From Anaeramoeba ignava BMAN (lineage: Eukaryota > Protista > Anaeramoebae), in contig JAPDFW010000067.1 of NCBI GenBank assembly GCA_028826165.1, positions 62,001-126,000 on the forward strand: 64,000 nucleotides of DNA. Reading direction: 5' to 3'. Position 1 is the stretch's first letter. Every line of letters begins with the position of its first letter. The position numbers and the translations under genes are program-made. This document shows positions 54,830 through 64,000 of this stretch, piece by piece. The notes beneath the pieces are model-generated. The model was not told the DNA's origin, searched no databases, and worked only from the letters and a program-made list of their open reading frames with translations.

Positions 54830-57800
54830 TTAATTAATACTATTTTAATTTAATATTTAATTATAAAATTAATTTAAAAATTAATTTTATTAATTATTTT
54901 TTATTAATAAATATTTATTATTATTATTAATTTTTAATTAATTATTTAATAAAATATTTAAATAAATTTATTTTATTAATTAATATTATTTTAATTTAAT
55001 ATTTAATTATAAAAATTAATTTAAAAATTAATTTATTAATTATTTTATTATTAAATATTTATTATTATTAATTTTTGATTAAATATTTAATTAAAATATT
55101 TTAATAATTTTATTTTATTAATTAATACTATTTTAATTTAATATTTAATTATAAAATTAATTTAAAAATTAATTTATTAAATAATTTATTATTAAATATT
55201 TATTATTATTGTTAATTTTTTTTGATTAAATATTTTAATAAAATATTTTAATAAATTTATTTTAATAATTAATATTATTTTGATTTAATATTTAATTATA
55301 AAATTAATTTAAAATTAATTTATTAATAATTTTATTATTAAATATTTATTATTATTATTAATTTTTGATTAAATATTTAATAAAAATATTCAAATGAATT
55401 TATTTAAATAATTAATATTATTTTAATTTAATATTTAATTATAAAATTAATTTATTATTAATTTATTAATTAATTTATTATTAAATATTTATTATTATTA
55501 TTAATTTTTGATTAATTATTTAATTAAATATTTTAAATAATTTTATTTTATTAATTAATATTATTTTTAATTTAATATTTAATTATAAAAATTATTTTAA
55601 AATTAATTTATTAATTATTTTATTATTAAATATTTATTATTATTATTAATTTTTGATTAAATATTTAATAAAATATTTAAATAATTTTATTTTAATAATT
55701 AATATTATTTTAATTTAATATTTAATTATAAAATTAATTTAAAATTAATTTATTAATTATTTTATTATTAATTACTTATTATTATTATTAATTTTTGATT
55801 AAATATTTAATTAAATATTTAAATAAATTTGATTTTAAATAATTAATATTATTTTAATTTAATATTTAATTATAAAAAATTAATTTATTATTAATTTATT
55901 AATAATTTATTATTAAATATTTATTATTATTATTAATTTTTGATTAAATATTTAATAAAATATTTTAAATAAATTTTATTTTATTAATTAATATTATTTT
56001 GATTTAATATTTAATTATAAAATTAATTTAAAAATTAATTTATTTATTAATAATTTTATTATTAAATATTTATTATTATTATTAATTTTTGATTAAATAT
56101 TTAATAAAATATTTTTAATAAATTTATTTTAATAATTAATACTATTTTAATTTAATATTTAATTATAAAAATAATTTAAAATTAATTTATTAATTATTTT
56201 ATTATTAATTACTTATTATTATTAATAATTTTTGATTAAATATTTAATTAAATATTTAAATAATTTTTATTTTATTAATTAATACTATTTTTAATTTAAT
56301 ATTTTTAATTATAAAATTAATTTAAAATTAATTTATTAATTATTTTATTATTAATTATTTATTATTATTATTAATTTTTAACTAAATATTTAATTAAATA
56401 TTTAAAATAAATTTATTTTATTAATTAATACTATTTTAATTTTTAATAATTAATTATAAAAATAATTTAAAATTATTTTATTAATTATTTTATTATTAAA
56501 TATTTAATATTATTATTAATTTTTGATTAAATATTTAAATAAAATATTTTAATAATTTTATTTTAATAATTAATACTATTTTAATTTAATATTTAATTAT
56601 AAAATTAATTTAAAATTAATTTATTAATTATTTTATTATTAATTATTTATTATTATTATTATTAATTTTTGATTAAATATTTAATTAAATATTTAAATAA
56701 ATTTATTTTATTAATTAATATTATTTTTAATTTAATATTTAATTATAAAAATAATTTAAAATTAATTTATTAAATAATTTTATTATTAAATATTTATTAT
56801 TATTATTAATTTTTGATTAAATATTTAATTAAATATTTTAATAATTTTATTTTATTAATTAATACTATTTTAATTTAATATTTTAATTATAAAAATAATT
56901 TAAAATTAATTTATTAATAATTTATTATTAAATATTTATTATTATTATTAATTTTTGATTAAATATTTAAATAAATATTTTAATAATTTTATTTTATTAA
57001 TTAATATTATTTTAATTTAATGTTTAATTATAAAAATAATTTAAAATTAATTTATTATTAATAAATTTATTATTAAATATTTATTATTATTATTAATTTT
57101 TTTTGACTAAATATTTAATAAAAATATTTTAATAAATTTATTTTAATAATTAATATTATTTTGATTTAATATTTAATTATAAAATTAATTTAAAAATTAA
57201 TTTATTAATAATTTTATTATTAAATATTTAATATTATTATTATTAATTTTTAACTAAATATTTAATTAAATATTTTAATAAATTTATTTTATTAATTAAT
57301 ATTATTTTAATTTAATATTTAATTATAAAATTAATTTTAAAATTAATTTATTAATAAATTTTATTATTATTTACTTATTATTATTATTAATAATTTTTGA
57401 TTAAATATTTAATAAAATATTTAAAATAAATTTATTTTTAATAATTAATATTATTTTTAATTTAATATTTAATTATAAAATTAATTTAAAATTAATTTAT
57501 TAAATAATTTATTATTAAATATTTATTATTATTATTAATTTTTAATTAATTATTTAATAAAATATTTAAATAAATTTATTTTAATAATTAATACTATTTT
57601 TAATTTAATATTTAATTATAAAAATAATTTAAAATTATTTTATTAATAATAATTTTATTATTAAATATTTATTATTATTATTAATTTTTGATTAAATATT
57701 TAATAAAATATTTTAAATAAATTTATTTTAATAATTAATATTATTTTTAATTTATTTAATATTTAATTATAAAATTAATTTAAAATTAATTTATTAATTA

Positions 57801-59250
57801 TTTTATTATTAAATATTTATTATTATTATTAATTTTTGATTAAATATTTAATAAAATATTTTATTAATTTTATTTTATTAATTAATATTATTTTAATTTA
57901 ATAATTATAAAATTAATTTAAAAATTATTTTATTAATAATTTTATTATTAAATATTTATTATTATTATTAATTTTTGATTAAATATTTAATAAAAATATT
58001 TTAATAAATTTATTTTAATAATTAATATTATTTTAATTTAATTTTTAATTTAAAATTAATTTTAAAATTAATTTATTAATTATTTTATTATTAAATATTT
58101 ATTATTATTATTAATTTTTGATTAAATATTTAATAAAATATTTTATTAATTTTATTTTATTAATAATTAATATTATTTTAATTTTAATATTTAATTATAA
58201 AATTAATTTAAAATTAATTTATTAATAATTTTATTATTAAATATTTATTATTATTATTAATTTTTGATTAAATATTTAATAAAATATTTAAATAAATTTA
58301 TTTTTATTAATTAATATTATTTTTAATTTAATTTTTAATTTAAAATTAATTTATTAATTATTTTATTATTAATTTTTATTATTAATTACTTATTATTATT
58401 ATTAATTTTTGACTAAATATTTAATAAAAATATTTTAATAAATTTATTTTTATTAATTAATACTATTTTAATTTAATATTTAATTATAAAAATAATTTAA
58501 AAATTAATTTATTAATAATTTTTATTATTAAATATTTATTATTATTAATTTTTTTGATTAAATATTTAATAAAATATTTTAATAATTTTATTTTAATAAT
58601 TAATATTATTTTGATTTAATATTTAATTATAAAAATAATTTAAAATTATTTTATTAATTATTTTATTATTAAATATTTATTATTATTATTAATTTTTAAC
58701 TAAATATTTAATAAAATATTTAAATAAATTTATTTTTATTAATTAATATTATTTTAATTTAATATTTTAATTTAAAAATTAATTTATTAATTATTTTTTT
58801 ATTATTAATTATTTATTATTATTTTACTTATTATTATTATTAATTTTTGATTAAATATTTAATAAAAATATTTAAATAAATTTATTTTATTAATTAATAT
58901 TATTTTAATTTAATATTTAATTATAAAATTAATTTAAAAAATTATTTTATTATTAATTTTATTATTAAAAATATTTATTATTATTATTAATTTTTGATTA
59001 AATATTTAATTAAATATTTAAATAAATTTATTTTAATAATTAATATTATTTTAATTTAATATTTAATTATAAAATTAATTTAAAATTAATTTATTAATTA
59101 TTTTATTATTAAATATTTATTATTATTATTAATTTTTTTGATTAAATATTTAATAAAATATTTAAATAATTTTATATTATTAATTAATATTATTTTAATT
59201 TAATTTTTAATTATAAAATTAATTTATTAATTATTTTATTATTAATTATT
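54830..59250. repeat. ~144-bp unit, ~99% AT satellite, about 30 copies
   Basis: Landmark TTTTTGATT G at 55,077, 55,224, 55,367, 55,510, 55,655, 55,797, 55,942 (spacing 142-147). Confidence 0.9.
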
Positions 59251-59362
59251 TAAAAAAGATCAAAATCGGAATAAAATTTTTTGAGTTTTTTTTTATTGAA
59301 AAGAATTGTTTTCTTTTGTTGAAAATATTTCTTCAATTATTAATAAACCAAATTAATTTCAT

Positions 59363-59780
59363 CTACATTTTGAATCTATTCATCACTTTCTAAAAAGAAA
59401 AAGAAAAAGAAAAAGAAAAAGAAATTACAAAATTAATCATTTTTTTTTTTGAAATGTGATTTTATGAAATAAAAGTAAAAATTAGTTACAGGAAAAACTG
59501 AATCAACAGATTCTTTTGTAATTTTCTTTTCTTCATTTTTTTGAGCATCATGTTCACATTCTTTTGCTAATAATTTCAAAAAATATAAATATTCAACCAA
59601 ACACTAAAACAAATTTAAAAAAATAAATTTAAAAAAATAAATTTTATTTTGATTTCTTTCTATTTTACTAAAACATCATCAATTTTTTGAAGGGAGTTTC
59701 TTCATTTAAAATTTTAAATCATAACTTTTTAAAATTTGACGGATTTTTAAACTTGGAATTTGTCCTTTAAAAGTTTCCAT
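59363..59780 (-). CDS. Small histone-fold protein, CENP-W/Wip1-like (~84 aa). Exons 59,780-59,669, 59,603-59,490, 59,389-59,363; exon 1 needs a net +2 indel correction
   Basis: IPSLKIRQILK...DDVL|CLVEYLYFLKLLAKECEHDA...KITKESVDSVFP|KVMNRFKM*; two GT-AG introns; absent from the ORF track. Confidence 0.6.
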
Positions 59781-59933
59781 TTAAAAAAAGAAAAGGAATT
59801 AAAGAAAAAAATGAATTAAAAGAATTAAAAGAATTAAAAGAAAATTGTTTTATTAAAATTAATCGTTAAAACGTTATAAAAAAAAAAATTTATTTTAAAA
59901 ATATTTTTTATCCGATTTTATTTCTTTTTTTTT

Positions 59934-60295
59934 TTATTTTGTTTTTGATATTTTTTCATTTTTAATTGGATTATCTTTTTCAATCATTAATTCTTCAAAT
60001 TTTGTTTCTTTTTTTTCACTTTTTAAAGTTCTTTTTAAAAATTAAAAAGAAAAATATTTTAATAAAATTTTTCAACAATAATTAATTTAAAAAAAATATA
60101 CCTTGATTCAGAAATTACTTCTTCAAATAAATCTAAATCAATTCCTTTAATTTCTTCCCATTGAAGTCCTTCTGAATTTTTATTTTCAATTATCATCTCT
60201 TTTTTTTTAAAATTTTTTTTTGAATTTTTTTGATTTAAAAATTTTTCAAGTTTTTTAAATCTTTTTCTTTCTTTTTTTTCATCAAATTGAAACAT
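59934..60295 (-). CDS. Small Lys/Glu-rich hypothetical protein, 96 aa. Exons 60,295-60,102 and 60,030-59,934
   Basis: AG|GTATA...AAAG|A intron joins MFQFDEKKER...SESR to TLKSEKKETKFEELM...KTK* in frame. Confidence 0.5.
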
Positions 60296-60364
60296 AATCA
60301 AATAAAAACAAAAAAAATATAAAAAAAGTGGAAAGTAAAAAAATTTTATTCTTTTTATTTTTTT

Positions 60365-61695
60365 TTATAAATTTTCGATATTCCATTTTGAATTTGAATT
60401 TTGTTTTGAATTTGAATTTTGTTTTGAATTTGAATTTTGTTTTGAATTTGAATTTGAATTTGAATTTGAATTTGAATTTTGTTTTGACTTTGAATTTTGT
60501 TTTGACTTTGAATTTGAATTTTGTTTTGACTTTGAATTTGAATTTGAATTTGAATTTTGTTTTGAATTTGAATTTGAATTTGAATTTGAATTTTGTTTTG
60601 ACTTTGATTTCTTTGGTTTTTTTAAAGGTTGTTTTAAATCATCTTGTTGAGGAACTTGAATTAGATAATTATTTATTTCATTCTTTTGTTTTTGTTGAGA
60701 ATTGGCATTGATATTTTGACGAAAATTTTTGTTAAAACCATTTTTAATTTTATCAATCTTCTTTTTGGAAATTGGATTTGAATTTTTTTGAGAAGGAGAT
60801 TGACTTTGATTGGAAAAATCTTCTTCTTTTGGAGGAACAAAAATTTGATTAAATTTTCTCCTTTTCTCTTCAGAAATTTGTTTTTTTTTTTGAGCTTTTT
60901 TTCCATTTCGATATTTTTGCTTTTCAGAAAGAAAATATTCTCCACTTTCCATTTGCAAGTCAATTTTACGAGGAAGTTGAGGAGGAGGAAAAGGAGAATA
61001 ATCTTTTTTTTCGATCTTCTTTTTTTTTTTTTTCTCCTTTCTTTTCAAATTTCTTTTTTGGAAGTGAGGCAAATAACGGTCCCAATTTTCATTTTGAAGT
61101 GAGGGATCCTTTGCAAGCTCTCGCTTAATCATGAGTTCCTGGATATGATAAACGGGATGGATGTTATTCATACAGTCTTCAACGACTCGCTGGACTTGTT
61201 TCAACCCTTTGTAGTCTCCCATAACGCTAACCGTGTTTCCCTGGACAAGAATGTAGCAATTAGTCAAGAGTTCAAGTGCCTTGAGTGTCTGCGAACGCGG
61301 TCCTATTAGCCGTTGCCTTCTTTTCACAAACCGTTCTTTATTTTTCACCATTTTCCCGATTTGAATGATTTCGCATGCCATTCCGTCTTCTAGTATTTTG
61401 ACAGCTTGTTCATATGGCATACTCCGTGAAAGCAACTTGATCATATCTCGTGCTTTCAGGATTATGTATGGATCATATGTTTTTTCTGTTGTTGATACAG
61501 ACATTGTTCCGTGAATTAAATCTAATTCGCAATTTATTTTAACTGCTTTTAATGATTGTGTTACTTTCCCCCAAATGGATTGCAGGTATTTTTCTCGGTA
61601 TTTTGGGAATATTACTGAAAATGTGCTTACTTCGAGAAGTCCATCCGGATTATCTTCGGATGTAAATTTTTCAATTTCCCAAGGATTTATTTCTT
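60365..61695 (-). CDS. KRR1: KRR1 small-subunit processome KH protein (last exon; upstream exon beyond the window) with SN-repeat C-tail
   Basis: TAG|..[10 protein letters not shown]...FPKYREKYL...[59 protein letters not shown]. Confidence 0.95.
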
Positions 61696-61704
61696 CTAAA
61701 GAAA

Positions 61705-64000
61705 TAAAATTAATTATAAAATTATTAATAAAATTAAATATAAAATTATTTATAAAATTAATTATAAAATTATTTATAAAATTATTTATAAAATTATTTA
61801 TAAAATTAATTATTAAATTATTTATAAAATTATTTATAAAATTATTTATAAAATTATTTATAAAATTATTTATAAATTTATTATAAAATTATTTATAAAA
61901 TTATTTATAAAATTATTTATAAAATTATTTATAAAATTATTTATAAAATTATTTATAAATTTATTATAAAATTAATTATTAAATTATTTATAAAATTATT
62001 TATAAAATTATTTAAAAATTATTTATAAAATTAAATATAAAATTAATTATAAAATTAATTATAAAAATTATTTATAAAATTATTTATAAAATTAATTATT
62101 AAATTATTTATAAAATTAAATATAAAATTATTTATAAAATTATTTATAAAATTATTTATAAAATTATTTATAAAATTAATTATTAAATTATTTATAAAAT
62201 TATTTATAAAATTAAATATAAAATTATTTATAAAATTATTTATAAAATTAATTATAAAATTATTTATAAATTTATTTATAAAATTATTTATAAAATTATA
62301 TATAAAATTAAATATAAAATTATTTATAAAATTATTTATAAAATTATTTATAAAATTATTTATTAAATTATTTATTAAATTATTTATTAAATTATTTATA
62401 AAATTATTTATAAAATTATATATAAAAATTATATATAAAAATTAAATATAAAATTATTTATAAAAATTAAATATAAAATTATTTATTAAATTATTTATAA
62501 AATTAAATATAAAATTATTTATTAAATTATTTATAAAATTATTTATTAAATTATTTATAATATTATTTATAAAATTATTTATAAAATTATTTATAAAATT
62601 ATTTATTAAATTTATTATAAAATTAATTATTAAATTATTTATAAAATTATTTATAAAATTATTTATAAAATTATTTATTAAATTATTTATAAAATTATTT
62701 ATAAAATTATTTATAAAATTATTTATAAAATTATTTATAAAATTAATTATAAAATTATTTATAATATTATTTATAAAATTAATTATTAAATTATTTATAA
62801 AATTAAATATAAAATTAAATATAAAATTATTTATAAAATTAAATATTAAATTATTTATAATATTATTTATAATATTATTTATAATATTATTTATAAAATT
62901 ATTTATAAAATTAAATATAAATTTATTATTAAATTAATTATAAAATTATTTATAATATTAATTATAAAATTATTTATAATATTAATTATAAAATTATTTA
63001 TAAAATTAAATATAAAATTATTTATTAAATTATTTATAATATTATTTATAATATTATTTATAAAATTAATTATAAAATTATTTATAAATTTATTATTAAA
63101 TTAATTATAAATTTAATATAAAATTAATTATAATATTATTTATAAAATTATTTATAATATTATTTATAATATTAAATATTAAATTAAATATAAAATTATT
63201 TTATAAAATTAATTATAATATTATTTATAAAATTAATTATAAAATTATTTATAAAATTAATTATAAAATTATTTATAAAAATTATTTATAAAAATTATTT
63301 ATAAAATTATATATTAAATTAAATATAAAATTATTTACAAAATTAATTATAAAATTATTTATAAAATTATTTATTAAATTATTTATAAAATTATTTATAA
63401 AATTAATTATTAAATTATTTATAAAATTATTTATAAAATTAAATATAAAATTATTTATAAAATTATTTATAAAATTATTTATAAAATTATTTATAAAATT
63501 ATTAATAAAATTATTTATAAAAATTATTTATAAAATTATTTATTAAATTATTTATAAAATTATTTATAAAATTATTTATAAAATTATTTATAAAATTATT
63601 TATAAAATTAAATATAAAATTAATTATAAAATTAATTATAAAAATTAATTATAAAATTAATTATAAAATTATTTATAAAATTATTTTATAAAATTATTTA
63701 TAAAAATTATTTATTAAATTATTTATTAAATTATTTATAAAATTATTTATAAAAATTATATATAAAATTATTTATAAAATTATTTATAAAATTATTTATA
63801 AAATTAATTATAAAATTATTTATAAAATTAATTATAATATTATTTATAAAATTATTTATTAAATTATTTATAAAATTAAATATAAAATTATATATTAAAT
63901 TAATTATAAAATTATTTATAAAATTATATATAAAATTAATTATAAAAATTAAATATTAAATTAATTATAAAATTAATTATAAAATTATTTATAAAAAAAT
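61705..64000. repeat. 12-bp satellite (ATAAAATTATTT)n filling a >2.3-kb KRR1 intron
   Basis: Visible; begins next to the acceptor AG at 61,696-61,697. Confidence 0.9.

Noticed and set aside
31923-59780. Frameshifts in EF-1alpha, Fab1, CLU, SCS-alpha, PH/EF-hand, RMP64-like and CENP-W-like genes as programmed frameshifting, RNA editing or pseudogenisation
   Set aside because: They are mixed +/-1-2 bp events, mostly in homopolymers or dinucleotides, with no shared slippery motif, in otherwise well-conserved genes. The compensating indel TLKYKN vs TLNTKN between the FARSB copies also points to long-read consensus error.
1460-61886. Many I/L/F/K/N/Y-rich ORFs (e.g. 1460-1666, 13,235-13,755, 28,141-28,548, 30,751-31,053, 40,074-40,651, 47,728-47,919, 61,575-61,886)
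   Set aside because: Alternative-frame or antisense readings of satellites whose period is a multiple of 3
3800-64000. Tandem arrays as CRISPR arrays or telomeric repeats
   Set aside because: No unique spacers, no cas genes, eukaryotic context; no G-rich telomere-type unit

Overview
Extremely AT-rich eukaryotic genomic DNA with GT-AG spliceosomal introns and the standard genetic code. Satellite-stuffed introns, QN/SN/NE coding repeats, SBBP + Cys-rich surface proteins and a presequence-bearing SCS-alpha resemble an anaerobic amoeboid protist such as Anaeramoeba. This is an inference, not an identification. The left half (1-~31,000) is a large inverted duplication centred on a ~430 bp unique spacer (~14,715-15,140). 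Two intact head-to-head SBBP/Cys-rich surface-protein paralogs flank the centre. Further out, the right arm carries intact CFAP44 and 8-exon PheRS-beta genes. The left arm carries indel-riddled copies of both, joined across an 832 bp deletion. The right half is a dense gene run: EF-1alpha, PIKfyve/Fab1, RPB9, a PH-CLU-TPR protein, SCS-alpha, an N-rich 4xPH + EF-hand protein, a NEPRO/RMP64-like gene, a CENP-W-like histone-fold gene, a small orphan and KRR1. Locus-specific 6/9/12-bp satellites and one ~144-bp satellite separate or interrupt these genes. Many genes carry 1-2 bp frameshifts that look like consensus errors. The best novel candidate is a highly structured ~200-nt non-coding island (54,462-54,760) with an apparent spliceosomal intron whose removal closes a hairpin. 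It lies just upstream of the RMP64-like gene. Also notable is an apparent GT-rich to CA-rich skew switch across the AT satellites.
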